Shown here: in pieces, positions 43,117-53,041 of the stretch
Position numbering within the stretch: position 1 is the stretch's first letter
Layout: the number at the start of each line of letters is the position of its first letter
Assembly (NCBI GenBank): GCA_964569085.1
Contig: CAZMTA010000009.1
Coordinates: 52,389 to 116,388 of the forward strand
Length of the DNA stretch: 64,000 bases
DNA from: an uncultured Gemmatimonadaceae bacterium
Lineage (GTDB): Bacteria > Gemmatimonadota > Gemmatimonadetes > Longimicrobiales > Gaopeijiaceae
Reading direction: 5' to 3'
Position numbers and translations under genes: made by a program
Notes under the pieces: generated by a model
Seen by the model: the letters and a program-made list of their open reading frames with translations, nothing else
The model's database searches: none
Told to the model about the DNA's origin: nothing

Positions 43117-44820
43117 ATGAAGCGGGCCCTGCTGAGCGTATCCGACAAGACCGACATCGAGAAGCTGGGACGCGCCCTGGCCGAGCGGGGGTGGGAGCTC
43201 CTGTCCACCGGCGGGACGGCGCGGGCGCTCCGCGCGGCCGGGCTGGACGTGCGGGAGGTGGCCGAGGTCACGGGTCACCCCGAGATGATGGACGGGCGGG
43301 TGAAGACGCTCCACCCGGCGGTGCACGCGGGCCTGCTGGCGCGCCGGGACCGGGCCGACGATCTGGAGGCGCTGGCCGACCAGGGCTACGCGCCCATCGA
43401 CCTGGTGGCGGTGAACCTCTACCCCTTCCGGGAGACCGTCGCCCGGGGGGACGTCTCCGTGGGCGAGGCCATGGAGCAGGTGGACATCGGCGGGCCCACC
43501 ATGATCCGCTCGGCGGCCAAGAACCACCGGGACGTCTGGGTCCTCGTGGATCCGTCCGACTACGACCGCGTCGTGGAGGCCCTCGACTCGTCGGACGACG
43601 ACGCCGAGCTCCGCCGCGCCCTGGCGGCCAAGGTCTTCCGCCACGTGAGCGGCTACGACGGCGCCGTGGCGGCCTTCCTGTCCGACGACTCCCCCCCGGC
43701 GGATCTGGAGGAGCCGGGGAACGGCGCGGCCGCCTCCGCCGGCGAGGGCGAGCCCGACTCCGGCGCCCTGGGGGAGCGGCTCACCGTGTCCCTCCGCCGC
43801 CGCGAGGTGCTCCGCTACGGGGAGAACCCGGACCAGGAGGCCGCCTTCTACGGGCTGGGCGAGGACGCCGGCCTGGCCTCGCTGGAGCAGCACCACGGCA
43901 AGGCGCTCTCCTACAACAACCTGCTGGACCTGGACGGCGCGCTCCTGAGCCTCTCGCCCTTCGCCTTCTCGCCGCGCCCGGCGGTGTGCATCGTGAAGCA
44001 CACGACGCCGTGCGGCCTGGCGGTGGCCGACACCCAGGACGAGGCCTACGCCAAGGCGCTCCGCTGCGACCCGGTGAGCGCGTTCGGCTCCGTCATCGCC
44101 CTGAACCGGCCCGTGACCGGCCCCACCGCCGAGCGCATGAGCGAGCTCTTCGTGGAGTGCGTGGTCGCGCCCGGATTCTCCGACGAGGCGCGGGAGATCC
44201 TGACGCGGAAGAAGAACATCCGGATCCTCACCTTCCCCGGCGTGGACGAGGCGCTCCCCTTCGAGCCGGAGGGGAACGGGACCACCCTCGCCGACGAGGC
44301 CCTGGGCGCCGCGCGCTTCCTGGCCGCCCACGGCCGTCGTCCCGACGCCCGCGTGCTGCGGAGCGTCTACGGCGGGATGCTGGCCCAGACGCCGCCGGTG
44401 CCTCCCTTCTACGGGGTGGACGACCCCTCGTGGAGCGTCGCGACGAAGCGGGCTCCCACCGACGCCGAGATGGACGACCTGCGCTTCGCGTGGGCGGCCG
44501 TCTTCGGCGTGAAGTCCAACGCCATCCTCCTGGCCGGCGGGGGCGCCACGCTGGGGATCGGGGCGGGGCAGATGAGCCGGGTGGACTCCTCCCGCATCGC
44601 GGTGCGGAAGGCGGCGGACCAGGAGCTGGACCTCGCCGGGTCGGTCCTGGCGTCGGACGCCTTCTTCCCCTTCCGGGACGGCGTGGACGCCGCCGCGGAC
44701 GCGGGGGTGCGGGCCATCGTGCAGCCCGGCGGCTCGATCCGGGACGACGAGGTGGTGGAGGCCGCCGACGAGCACGGCATCGCCATGGTGTTCACCGGGC
44801 GGCGCCTCTTCCGGCACTAG
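43117..44820 (+). CDS. purH: Bifunctional AICAR formyltransferase / IMP cyclohydrolase
   Basis: [32 protein letters not shown] and the C-terminus FTGRRLFRH are present. The product is longer than usual (567 aa), with apparent low-complexity inserts. Confidence 0.95.
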   Translation: MKRALLSVSDKTDIEKLGRALAERGWELLSTGGTARALRAAGLDVREVAEVTGHPEMMDGRVKTLHPAVHAGLLARRDRADDLEALADQGYAPIDLVAVNLYPFRETVARGDVSVGEAMEQVDIGGPTMIRSAAKNHRDVWVLVDPSDYDRVVEALDSSDDDAELRRALAAKVFRHVSGYDGAVAAFLSDDSPPADLEEPGNGAAASAGEGEPDSGALGERLTVSLRRREVLRYGENPDQEAAFYGLGEDAGLASLEQHHGKALSYNNLLDLDGALLSLSPFAFSPRPAVCIVKHTTPCGLAVADTQDEAYAKALRCDPVSAFGSVIALNRPVTGPTAERMSELFVECVVAPGFSDEAREILTRKKNIRILTFPGVDEALPFEPEGNGTTLADEALGAARFLAAHGRRPDARVLRSVYGGMLAQTPPVPPFYGVDDPSWSVATKRAPTDAEMDDLRFAWAAVFGVKSNAILLAGGGATLGIGAGQMSRVDSSRIAVRKAADQELDLAGSVLASDAFFPFRDGVDAAADAGVRAIVQPGGSIRDDEVVEAADEHGIAMVFTGRRLFRH

Positions 44821-44869
44821 GCGAGGGCGGGGGGGTCGGGCACCGCGGGGCCGGGCCCCCCCGCGTGGG

Positions 44870-45850
44870 TCAGTCGGGGGCCGGCGCCCCGGCCGTGGAG
44901 TCGGGGCGGGACGGCTCGCCCACCAGGGCCAGGAGGCTGCGCGGGTCCACGCTGGTGCTCCCGTAGCGCACCACCCAGTGGAGGTGCGGGCCGGTGACCC
45001 GGCCCGTGGCGCCCACCCGGCCCACGGGATCCCCCACGTCCACCGTGTCCCCCTCGGACACGAGCTGCTCGCTCAGGTGGAAGTAGGCGCTCAGCAGCCC
45101 GGCTCCGTGGTTCAGGTAGACGATGTCCCCCGCCAGGAGGAAGGAGTCCACCAGCGCCACCACGCCCCGGGCGGCGGCGCGGACCGTGTCCCCCGGGTCG
45201 CCGTCCAGGTCCAGCCCCATGTGTCGGCTGGAGACCTGGCCGTTGAAGATCCGCCCGTTCCCGAAGCCGCTGGTGACCCGGTCGTCCCGGGGAAGGGCGG
45301 CCCGCTCCCCCCAGAGGCGCTGCGTGCGCAGCGCCGCCTCGGAGACCGCCCGGGCCTTGGCCTGGTCCCGGGCCAGCCGCGCCCGGTTCTCCTCCGACAG
45401 AGGGGAGCCCAGCTCGGGGGCCACGGACAGCCGCTCGTGCTCGAAGGCGCCCGGCGCCACGGGAATGCGGAGGGAGCGGGGCAGGATGGCGCCCAGGGTC
45501 GTGCGGACCTCGAGGCGGGCCACCAGCGTGTCGCCGGCGTCCACCGGGATCGGGGCCAGCGACTCGAACGCCCCGTCTCCGGTGCCGAAGAACCAGAGCT
45601 CCTCTCCGCCCGCGGTGCCCGCCACGCCCAGGAGGGCCCTGGCCGGCACGGCCTCCACGCGGATCCGGACCAGCGAGCCCTGGGTGGGGTCGGCGGGACG
45701 CCACCCCAGCGAGACCGTCGTGTCCGCCGGGGGAGGAGGGGCGGCGGGCTCCTCGTCCAGGGGGCCCTCGCGCAGGGAGGGGATGGCGAGCGCGGCCACC
45801 AGGAGCGTCGCGGCGGCCAGGACCCCCAGGGTCATCCCGACGCGGCTCAC
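44870..45850 (-). CDS. M23-family metallopeptidase (LytM domain)
   Basis: HMGLDLDG and GRVTGPHLHW are the M23 zinc motifs. GTG 45850 overlaps the upstream stop (GTGA); ATG 45835 is the alternative. Confidence 0.85.
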   Translation of the reverse strand: MSRVGMTLGVLAAATLLVAALAIPSLREGPLDEEPAAPPPPADTTVSLGWRPADPTQGSLVRIRVEAVPARALLGVAGTAGGEELWFFGTGDGAFESLAPIPVDAGDTLVARLEVRTTLGAILPRSLRIPVAPGAFEHERLSVAPELGSPLSEENRARLARDQAKARAVSEAALRTQRLWGERAALPRDDRVTSGFGNGRIFNGQVSSRHMGLDLDGDPGDTVRAAARGVVALVDSFLLAGDIVYLNHGAGLLSAYFHLSEQLVSEGDTVDVGDPVGRVGATGRVTGPHLHWVVRYGSTSVDPRSLLALVGEPSRPDSTAGAPAPD

Positions 45851-46443
45851 GACGCCTCCTCCTCCAGCAGGCGACGGACCGCCGCCCCCATGGCCGGGGG
45901 CGCGAAGTAGCCCAGGACCCGGTGCCGCACGACCCCGCTCCGGTCCACCACCAGCGTGGTGGGGATGGCCCGCACGCCCCCGAAGGCGAGGCGCTGATCC
46001 CGGGTCGCGCGTCCCACCGGGTACGTGATGTCCCGCTCCTCGAGAAAGGCCCGGATCGGCCCCTCGCCGCCGACGTCGGTGGCGAGCCCCAGGACCACCA
46101 GGTCGTCTCCGGCGTGGCGGTCCGTCAGGGCCTGGAGGGCCGGCATCTCGGCGCGGCAGGGGAGGCACCAGGTGGCCCAGAAGTTCAGCACCACGACTCG
46201 GCCTTCCAGGTCGGCGGTCGTGACGGTGTCGCCGTCCAGGGTGGGGACGTGGAGCTCCGGCATCCGGTCCCCCTGGGGCGCGAACCCGGAGAGGGCGCCC
46301 ACCTGCGGGCCGAGGCGGACCAGGAGGAAGAGGCCGACGCCCACCCAGGCGGCGCGCTCCGCCCAGACGAGGGCCACGCGCCACCAGGGGCGGTTCCGCG
46401 GAGGAACGGGTTCGGGCGGTGGGGTGGGGGCCTGCTGAGGCAT
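45847..46443 (-). CDS. TlpA/ResA-like thiol:disulfide oxidoreductase (membrane-anchored thioredoxin fold)
   Basis: The product has an N-terminal TM, VVLNFWATWCLPCRAEMP (a CxxC site) and a conserved cis-Pro region AIPTTLVVD. Confidence 0.85.
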   Translation of the reverse strand: MPQQAPTPPPEPVPPRNRPWWRVALVWAERAAWVGVGLFLLVRLGPQVGALSGFAPQGDRMPELHVPTLDGDTVTTADLEGRVVVLNFWATWCLPCRAEMPALQALTDRHAGDDLVVLGLATDVGGEGPIRAFLEERDITYPVGRATRDQRLAFGGVRAIPTTLVVDRSGVVRHRVLGYFAPPAMGAAVRRLLEEEAS

Positions 46444-46540
46444 GGTGGGTACAACCCCGGGGCGGGGCCCGGGGTCCGCCGGAGCGCCTGGCCGTGCGGG
46501 AAAGCTGCGCAGTCTCGTGGCGCCCCGGGGTCGGGCGGCC

Positions 46541-46978
46541 TCACCCCGGGAGGAGCGACTCCAGGACGTCCGCGGCGCGCTCGAGCGCCCGTCGGTCGGC
46601 GTCGCCCAGCGCGTCCAGGGCCCGGCGGAGCTCCCGCAGCCGGCGCTGCCGCCCCTCCTCCAGGAGTGTACGACCCCGATCGGTGGCGCGGATCTCCACC
46701 TCCCGCCGGTCCTCCCGGGAGCGGGTGCGGTCCACCAGGCCCCGCTCCTCCAGCCCCGAGACGAGGCGGCTCATGGTGGGCGGGCGGACCTGCTCGGCGT
46801 CGGCCAGCTCCGTCAGCGAGGCCGGCCCGACGTGCACCACCACGGACAGCGCGGAGAGCTCCGCGGCCGTGACCGGGCTGGCGCGATCCGCCTCCCGCAG
46901 CCAGCGGAGCAGGTGGATCGCCCAGGCGTGGAGGCGATCGGGGAGGGCCGGGGGACCGGGAGAGGCGGGATCGGACAC
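46541..46978 (-). CDS. MarR-family transcriptional regulator
   Basis: The winged-HTH region is LTELADAEQVRPPTMSRLVSGLEERGLVDRTRSREDRREVEIRATDRG. GTG 46978 (145 aa) is preferred over the track start 47041, which would place the 47007-47021 palindrome inside the CDS. Confidence 0.8.
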   Translation of the reverse strand: MSDPASPGPPALPDRLHAWAIHLLRWLREADRASPVTAAELSALSVVVHVGPASLTELADAEQVRPPTMSRLVSGLEERGLVDRTRSREDRREVEIRATDRGRTLLEEGRQRRLRELRRALDALGDADRRALERAADVLESLLPG

Positions 46979-47006
46979 GGGCGTCTTGCGCGGGAAACGG
47001 GAGACG

Positions 47007-47021
47007 GTTAGCAATGCTAAC
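47007..47021. promoter_or_regulatory. Perfect palindrome GTTAGCA-A-TGCTAAC; candidate MarR operator overlapping a putative -10
   Basis: Read directly in the marR/ankyrin divergent intergenic region. It is locally AT-rich. A possible promoter is TTGCGC (46986-46991), 17-nt spacer, TAGCAA (47009-47014). Confidence 0.5.
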
Positions 47022-47058
47022 GATGTGCCCATACCCACCACGAGACAAGGGGAATGTC

Positions 47059-47739
47059 ATGGCCGACGGACGCCAGGGGGAGTTTCGGGCAGCGGTGAGC
47101 GAGGGGCGTGGAGAGGACGTGCGGGCCCTCCTGCGCGAGGACCCGTCCCTGGCGCGCCATCGGGAGGAGGGGGTGGGCGCCATCCTCCTGGCCCTCTTCT
47201 CGGGGCGGCGCGAGCTCGTGCCCCTCCTCCTGGAGGAGGGCGCGCCCGTGGGCCCCGCCGAGGCGGCGGCGCTGGGTTCGGTGGAGGCGCTGGAGCGGGT
47301 GGACGCCGGGAGCGAGGGCGGCCTCGACCCCAACGGACCGGGTCCCATGGGGTGGACGCCCCTCCACCTGGCCGCCTTCATGGGCGCCTCCGAGGCCACC
47401 CGCTGGCTCCTGGAGCACGGAGGCGACCCGGCGACCCTCTCGACCAACCGGGAGGCCAACACGCCCCTCCACGCGGCCCTGGCCGGCGCCGGGAACCCGG
47501 ACGTGGTGCGGGCGCTCCTGGACGCCGGCGCCGATCCCGCCGCCCCGGCGGCGGCGGGCGTGACGCCGCTGCATCTGGCCGCCTCCCGGGGAGACGAAGC
47601 GGCCCTCGAGCGGCTCCTGGGGGCCGGCGCGGGGCCCGCCCGCATGGAGGACGGCCGCCTGCCGTCCGCCCTGGCCCGCGAGCGGGGACACCCCGAGCTG
47701 GCCGAGCGCCTCGAGGGCCTGGAGGCGGACCAGGGCTGA
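47059..47739 (+). CDS. Ankyrin-repeat protein (226 aa)
   Basis: Repeats of the type GWTPLHLAAFMGASEATRWLLEHGGDP, NTPLHAALAGAGNPDVVRALLDAGADP and GVTPLHLAASRGDEAALERLLGAGA are present. AAGGGGA lies upstream of the ATG. Confidence 0.8.
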   Translation: MADGRQGEFRAAVSEGRGEDVRALLREDPSLARHREEGVGAILLALFSGRRELVPLLLEEGAPVGPAEAAALGSVEALERVDAGSEGGLDPNGPGPMGWTPLHLAAFMGASEATRWLLEHGGDPATLSTNREANTPLHAALAGAGNPDVVRALLDAGADPAAPAAAGVTPLHLAASRGDEAALERLLGAGAGPARMEDGRLPSALARERGHPELAERLEGLEADQG

Positions 47740-47752
47740 CGGCCGGTCCGGT

Positions 47753-48451
47753 CTAGTGGAGGCGCTCCTGGCGGACCTGGAAGGTCACCGGGAGGCTGAT
47801 CCACACCGCCACCGGATCGTCCCGGTTCATGGCCGGCGCAAAGCGGTAGACGCCGGCCACCTCGAGCGCCGCCCGGTCCAGGGCGGCGTGCCCGGAGCCC
47901 TCCTGCAGCCGGGTGTCGCGGACGGTCCCGTCCACGCCGACCAGGAAGTGGATGCGGACCGTCCCGCCGATCCCGGCCTCCCGGAGGAGGGGGGGATAGC
48001 TCCGTGCCATCGCCTGGACGACCTCCCCGGGGTTGAGGAGGCGGGGCTCCAGGGTCCGGGGGACGAAGACGGGCCCCTGGGAGAGGTCCCGCCCGGCCGC
48101 GGGCGGTGGCGGGGGGAGCGGCGGGAAGCCGCCGTCGGGATCCACGTTGGGCGGCATGACCTCCACGTCCACGTCCCCCACGGCGGGGATGGGCACGGCC
48201 GGCCGGACCAGCGGCGCCGGCGGCGGTGGGATCTCCACCGGGGGTGGCACCTCCAGGATCTCGATGGCGGACGCGGTGGCGCCCAGGTCCTCGGCCACCA
48301 TGTCCGGCCACAGACCGAAGAGGGCGAAGTGGGCCAGGGTGGCGGCGATGAGGGAGGCCCACAGCCGGCTCCGGAACGACGCCTTGAAGCGGTCGTTGGC
48401 CGTGGGGGGAGGGCCGGGCGGCGGTCCGGGAGGGGTGGGAAGGGCGTTCAT
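47753..48451 (-). CDS. tonB: Energy transducer TonB
   Basis: The product has an N-terminal TM and a proline-rich spacer (PPPVEIPPPPAP). The C-terminal TonB domain contains YPPLLREAGIGGTVRIHFLVGVDGTV. Confidence 0.8.
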   Translation of the reverse strand: MNALPTPPGPPPGPPPTANDRFKASFRSRLWASLIAATLAHFALFGLWPDMVAEDLGATASAIEILEVPPPVEIPPPPAPLVRPAVPIPAVGDVDVEVMPPNVDPDGGFPPLPPPPPAAGRDLSQGPVFVPRTLEPRLLNPGEVVQAMARSYPPLLREAGIGGTVRIHFLVGVDGTVRDTRLQEGSGHAALDRAALEVAGVYRFAPAMNRDDPVAVWISLPVTFQVRQERLH

Positions 48452-48769
48452 GGCACGACCTCCTGTGGGAGTCCACGGGGCGCTGCATCGGCCAGGGCCG
48501 GGTGCAAGGGGAGTGCCGGCCGGCGGGGGCCGAGGCCGCATCCTGCGTCTAGGCCGCGTCCCGCCTGGCCTTCCGGTCCAGGACGCCTCGAGGGGCCGCG
48601 AGGCGCCCCGGGGACCCGGTGTCCCCCGGGCGCTCCGGGGGTGTCCTTGGCGGAGGACGGCGTGGAGGGAGGTTGGCGCAAACCCCCGCGGCGGCCGACA
48701 TTGACCCCGTGACCCACGGGAGCGCCGCGCTCCCGAGCTCCGAACGCCGCACAGCCGAGGATCCTGCCC

Positions 48770-49267
48770 ATGCCGCCCGTCACCTTCACCCTCAACGGGA
48801 CGTCGACCACCGTCGACGCGCCCGCCGACATGCCCCTTCTCTGGGTCCTGCGGGACCTCCTGGACCTCAAGGGCACCAAGTTCGGGTGCGGCATCTCCGA
48901 GTGCGGCGCCTGCACGGTGCACGTGAACGGACGCCCCACCCGGAGCTGCCAGGTGCGCGCGGAGACCGTGGAGGGGGACGAGGTGGTGACCATCGAAGGG
49001 CTCTCGCCCGACGGCCGCCATCCGCTCCAGGAGGCGTGGCGCGAGCTGGACGTGCCCCAGTGCGGGTACTGCCAGGCCGGTCAGCTCATGACCGCCGCCG
49101 CCCTCCTCGACCGGATCCCCGATCCCACGGACGAGGACATCGACCGCCTCATGGACCAGAACCTCTGCCGGTGCGCGACCTACATCCGCATCCGCCAGGG
49201 GATCAAGCGGGCCGCGGAGCGCATGGCGGCCACCGACGGCGCCGGCGGCGCGGGGAGCGACCGATGA
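48770..49267 (+). CDS. (2Fe-2S)-binding small subunit of a molybdenum hydroxylase (IorA-like)
   Basis: [12 protein letters not shown] and CGYCQAG...CRCATY are the two [2Fe-2S] cysteine clusters of this family. Confidence 0.88.
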   Translation: MPPVTFTLNGTSTTVDAPADMPLLWVLRDLLDLKGTKFGCGISECGACTVHVNGRPTRSCQVRAETVEGDEVVTIEGLSPDGRHPLQEAWRELDVPQCGYCQAGQLMTAAALLDRIPDPTDEDIDRLMDQNLCRCATYIRIRQGIKRAAERMAATDGAGGAGSDR

Positions 49268-51450
49268 GCACGACCATGGAGCGTCGCCACTTCCTGAAGG
49301 TCGGGGCGCTGGCCGGCGGCGGGCTGCTGGTCTCGAGCTGGTTCGAGCCCTTCGGCCTGGGAGCCGCCACGGCCGACGCGGCGGCGGTGGCCACGGTGAA
49401 CGGCCACGTGCGCATCGACCCCGACGGCTCGGTGACGATCATGTCCCAGAACCCGGAGGTCGGGCAGGGGGTCAAGACGATGCTCCCCATGATCGTCGCG
49501 GACGAGCTCGACGTGCCCTGGGCGAACGTGCGCGTGGAGCAGGCCGACCTGGACACCGGGCTCTACTCGGGCCAGTTCGCCGGAGGGAGCCTCGCGACGC
49601 CCATGCACTGGATGTCCATGCGGCGCGCCGGGGCCGGGGCACGGGACCTCCTCCTCCGGGCCGCCGCCCGACGGTGGGACGTGGCGATCCACGAGCTCAC
49701 CACCGAGGACGGCGTCGTGGTCCATCCGGCCAGCGGCCGCTCGGCGGGCTACGGGGAGCTGGCCACGGAGGCCGCCGGCCTTCCGGCGCCCGATCCAGAG
49801 ACGCTGACCCTGAAGACGCCGGACGAGTTCGACATCATCGGCACGCCGGTCCACAACGTGGACCTGGACGCCATCGTCACCGGGAAGCCGCTCTTCGGGA
49901 TCGACACGACCCGTCCGGGCATGCTGTACGCGGTCTACCACAAGTGCCGGACCTACGGCGGCCGCGTGGTGGGCGCCAACCTGGACGAGGTACGGGCCCA
50001 GCCCGGCGTCCGCCACGCCTTCGTGGTGGAGGGCGGCGAGGACCTTCGGGGCCTCGTGGACGGGGTGGCCATCGTCGGCGACTCGTGGTGGCTGGTGAAC
50101 CAGGCCCGCGAGAACGTGCTCGAGGTCGAGTGGGACGAGGGCCCCGGGGCGGGGCAGAGCAGCGAGGGCTTCCGAGCCCGGGCCACCGAGCTCTTCGGGG
50201 AGGAGCCGCAGATGTTCCTCCGCTCCGACGGCGACTTCGAGTCGGCGTACGGGAGGGCGGCGGCCACCGTGGAGGCCGAGTACCAGTACCCCTTCATCCT
50301 CCACGCGCCGCTGGAGCCCCAGAACTGCACCGCCCACTTCCAGGACGGGCGCCTGGAGCTCTGGGCGCCGACCCAGACCCCGGAGCGGGGCCGTTCCATG
50401 ATCACCGAGGCGCTGGGGATCGGTGAGGACGCCATCACCCTCCACCTCACCCGCATGGGCGGCGGCTTCGGGCGCCGGCTCAGCAACGACTACACCCTGG
50501 AGGCCGCGGCCATCGCCCAGCGCCTCGAGGGCACGCCGGTCAAGCTCGTCTGGACCCGGGAGGACGACACCCGTCACGACCACTATCGCCCCGGCGGATA
50601 CCATCGCCTCCAGGGCGGGGTGGACGCCGACGGTCGCGTCGTGGCGTGGCGCAACCACTTCGTCTCCTTCGGGGCGGGGGAGCGCTTCGCCCCCAGCGCC
50701 GGGGTGGGAGACTCGGAGTTCCCGGCGGGCGCCGTGCCCAACATGGTCATGGGGGCCAGCCTCATCCCCTTCTACGTCCCCACGGGCGCCCTGCGCGCCC
50801 CGGGGAGCAACGCGCTGGCCTTCGTCTACCAGTCCTTCCTGGACGAGCTGGCCGACGCCGCCGGCGCCGATCCCCTCCAGTTCCGCATCGACCTGCTGCG
50901 CCGGGCGGGACCCGACACGTCCCAGGATCCCCAGCGGATGATCCGCGTCCTGGAGGAGGTCCGGGACGTGTCCGGCTGGGCGGACCGGGGGAGCCTCCCC
51001 GCCGGCACGGCCATGGGCGTGGCGTTCCACTACAGCCATCGGGGCTACGTGGCCGAGGTGGTCCAGGCGACGGTGGCCCGGGACGGCGCGCTCACCGTGG
51101 ATCAGGTGTGGGCCGCGGTGGACATCGGGCGCCACGTCATCAATCCGCTCAACGCCGAGAACAACGCGCAGGGCGGGGTGCTCGAGGGCATCTCCCACGC
51201 CCTGGGGCAGGAGATCACCTTCGCCGACGGCGGCGCCGTCCAGGGCAACTTCGACGAGTATCCGCTCCTGCGGATGTCGGCGGCGCCTCCCGTGGAGATC
51301 CACTTCGTGCCCAGCGACAACGACCCGACGGGCCTGGGCGAGCCGACCCTGCCTCCGGCGATCCCGGCGCTGACCAACGCCATCTTCGCGGCCACGGGGC
51401 ACCGGGTGCGCACGCTCCCCCTGTCCAAGGCGGACCTGAGCTGGGGGTAG
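49264..51450 (+). CDS. Molybdopterin-binding large subunit of aldehyde oxidase/xanthine dehydrogenase family (IorB-like), Tat signal
   Basis: The ATG overlaps the upstream stop (ATGA). The twin-arginine signal is [27 protein letters not shown] and [13 protein letters not shown] are present. Confidence 0.85.
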   Translation: MSTTMERRHFLKVGALAGGGLLVSSWFEPFGLGAATADAAAVATVNGHVRIDPDGSVTIMSQNPEVGQGVKTMLPMIVADELDVPWANVRVEQADLDTGLYSGQFAGGSLATPMHWMSMRRAGAGARDLLLRAAARRWDVAIHELTTEDGVVVHPASGRSAGYGELATEAAGLPAPDPETLTLKTPDEFDIIGTPVHNVDLDAIVTGKPLFGIDTTRPGMLYAVYHKCRTYGGRVVGANLDEVRAQPGVRHAFVVEGGEDLRGLVDGVAIVGDSWWLVNQARENVLEVEWDEGPGAGQSSEGFRARATELFGEEPQMFLRSDGDFESAYGRAAATVEAEYQYPFILHAPLEPQNCTAHFQDGRLELWAPTQTPERGRSMITEALGIGEDAITLHLTRMGGGFGRRLSNDYTLEAAAIAQRLEGTPVKLVWTREDDTRHDHYRPGGYHRLQGGVDADGRVVAWRNHFVSFGAGERFAPSAGVGDSEFPAGAVPNMVMGASLIPFYVPTGALRAPGSNALAFVYQSFLDELADAAGADPLQFRIDLLRRAGPDTSQDPQRMIRVLEEVRDVSGWADRGSLPAGTAMGVAFHYSHRGYVAEVVQATVARDGALTVDQVWAAVDIGRHVINPLNAENNAQGGVLEGISHALGQEITFADGGAVQGNFDEYPLLRMSAAPPVEIHFVPSDNDPTGLGEPTLPPAIPALTNAIFAATGHRVRTLPLSKADLSWG

Positions 51451-51525
51451 GCCCGGCGGCGCGGGCGAGAGGCCGCCCTCCGGGGCGACGCGGGGCCGAG
51501 CCCCGGCGGGTGGGACGGGACCGTC

Positions 51526-52425
51526 TCACCAGTCGGGGCTCTCCTCGTGGAAGTCGGGAGGCTCGAGCTGGAGGGTGCAGTGGCCGATCCGGAACCGGTC
51601 CCGCAGCGTCGCCTGCACGTCGGCCAGGATCCGCCCCGCCGTCCGCTCGCCGGACCGCTCCACGTGGGCCGAGAGGGAGACCATCCCCGAGGTGATGCTC
51701 CACACGTGGAGGTCGTGGACGCCGGCCACGCCCTCGACGCCCCGGATGGCCTCGCGGATCTCGTCCACGTCCAGGTGCTCGGGGGTGCCCTCCATGAGGA
51801 CCGCGACCGACTCCCGGAGGAGGCGCCAGGAGGAGCCCAGGACCAGGAGGCCGATGAGGATGGAGGCCAGGGGATCGGCCAGGTTCCACCCGGTGGTCCA
51901 GATGACGAGCCCCGCGGCGATGGCTCCCACGCTCCCCGCCGCGTCGGCCATCACGTGGAGCCAGGCCCCCTCCATGTTGAGGCTCTCCTTGCGACCCCCG
52001 TGGAGGAGGGCGAGCCCGATCCCGTTCACCACGAGCCCGCCCACGGCCACTCCCATCATGAGGGGCCCCATGACCTCCGGCGGGTCCTGGAAGCGGTGCC
52101 ACGCCTCGACGAAGACGTAGAGCGCCACCGCGACCAGGGTGACGCCGTTGACCAGCGCCGCCAGGATCTCGGTGCGGTAGTAGCCGAAGGTGCGCTTCGG
52201 GTCCGGGGGCCGGCGCGCGACCCACATGGCGAAGAGGCTCAGCCCCAGGGAGCCGGCGTCGGACAGCATGTGTCCGGCGTCGGCCAGGAGCGCCAGGGAG
52301 TTGGTGAGGAGACCCCCCACGACCTCCGCGGCCATGTAGGCCACCACCAGGCCCAGCGTCCACTTCAGGCGCCCGGTGCTCCGGGCGAGATCCGCGCCGG
52401 TGTTGCCTCCGTGGTCGTGCGCCAT
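51526..52425 (-). CDS. czcD: Cation diffusion facilitator family transporter (Zn/Co/Cd efflux)
   Basis: SLALLADAGHMLSD, FGYYR.EIL and LHVMADA are present, with a C-terminal cytoplasmic domain. ATG 52425 is preceded by GAGGAGG; the track ORF extends to 52494. Confidence 0.85.
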   Translation of the reverse strand: MAHDHGGNTGADLARSTGRLKWTLGLVVAYMAAEVVGGLLTNSLALLADAGHMLSDAGSLGLSLFAMWVARRPPDPKRTFGYYRTEILAALVNGVTLVAVALYVFVEAWHRFQDPPEVMGPLMMGVAVGGLVVNGIGLALLHGGRKESLNMEGAWLHVMADAAGSVGAIAAGLVIWTTGWNLADPLASILIGLLVLGSSWRLLRESVAVLMEGTPEHLDVDEIREAIRGVEGVAGVHDLHVWSITSGMVSLSAHVERSGERTAGRILADVQATLRDRFRIGHCTLQLEPPDFHEESPDW

Positions 52426-52527
52426 GCGCCTCCTCGGGTCGATCGGCGTTCGTCGGCTCCCGGGGCGGGGAGCCGGCTCGCGTGTCGGGCTCATGCAAGC
52501 TCGGGGCCGGGTGCCGTGGCCTCGAGG

Positions 52528-52556
52528 TTGGGCTCGGGGCGCCGGCCGATTATCAT
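52528..52556 (+). promoter_or_regulatory. Promoter candidate for tRNA-Ser: TTGGGC, 17-nt spacer, TATCAT
   Basis: Read directly, about 45 nt upstream of the tRNA 5' end. Confidence 0.35.
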
Positions 52557-52601
52557 CCCAGCCGTGCGGCGCGGGGCCGAAGGGCCCGGCGCGGCGCGCC
52601 T

Positions 52602-52685
52602 GGAGGGGTGGCAGAGCGGTTCAATGCACCGGTCTTGAAAACCGGCGGGCGCAAGCCCTCGTGGGTTCGAATCCCACCCCCTCCG
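52602..52685 (+). tRNA. tRNA-Ser (anticodon UGA), class II with long variable arm; CCA not encoded
   Basis: Manual fold: the acceptor stem GGAGGGG pairs with CCCCTCC, with discriminator G. The D-stem is 3 bp. The anticodon stem CCGGT/ACCGG carries the loop CUUGAAA. The variable arm is GGGC-GCAA-GCCC. The T-arm is GTGGG-TTCGAAT-CCCAC. Confidence 0.9.
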
Positions 52686-52861
52686 TAGCGGCGGTTCCGG
52701 CCATCAGGTCGGGCCGCCGTTCCCGTTTCAGGTGTCCCTGGCAGGTACCGGGGTGGGATTCTCACCCACCCGTCCCGAGCGCGCGGCGCTCGATCCGGTC
52801 GCGGGCTGGGCTGCGGGGCGCTGCGCGCCTCCTCGCCCACCTCGGCGCGGTGCGCCTCGGC

Positions 52862-52919
52862 TCGAATCCCACCCCCTCCGTGACGGCGGTTCCGGCCATG
52901 CAGGTGGGGCCGCCCGTTC
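52862..52919 (+). repeat. Imperfect direct repeat of the tRNA-Ser 3' end plus about 35 nt of its downstream flank (copy of 52667-52722)
   Basis: TCGAATCCCACCCCCTCCGT and CGGCGGTTCCGGCCAT are identical in both copies, with a few substitutions or indels elsewhere. The second copy lacks the 5' T-stem and the rest of the tRNA. Confidence 0.75.
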
Positions 52920-53041
52920 GTGCTCGTTGACATCCGGCCGCTCGGGGCCCTACCCATGGAGGAGCCGGACCTGGGGGGGCTCCGGACGAGCCCCCGTGCG
53001 CCGGCGTTCCACGTCAGACGTCCCCCACGGAGGAACCCCCC

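Noticed and set aside
43680-44400. Extra-long PurH (567 aa) as a possible fusion or novel insertion domain.
   Set aside because: The extra length comes from two short low-complexity or loop insertions (about [27 protein letters not shown] and [28 protein letters not shown]) at inter-domain or surface positions. I see no independent domain.
44821-44869. A terminator hairpin GCGGGGGGG...CCCCCCCGC between purH and the convergent M23 peptidase gene.
   Set aside because: The stem is only 9 bp with a ~20-nt loop, far weaker than the perfect hairpins elsewhere. It was not listed as a feature.
52602-52685. Possibility that this long-variable-arm tRNA is tRNA-Sec, given selA in the window.
   Set aside because: The anticodon loop reads CUUGAAA, so the anticodon is UGA (Ser), not UCA. 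The acceptor stem is 7 bp with a 5-bp T-stem, the standard 7/5 fold rather than 8/5 or 9/4.
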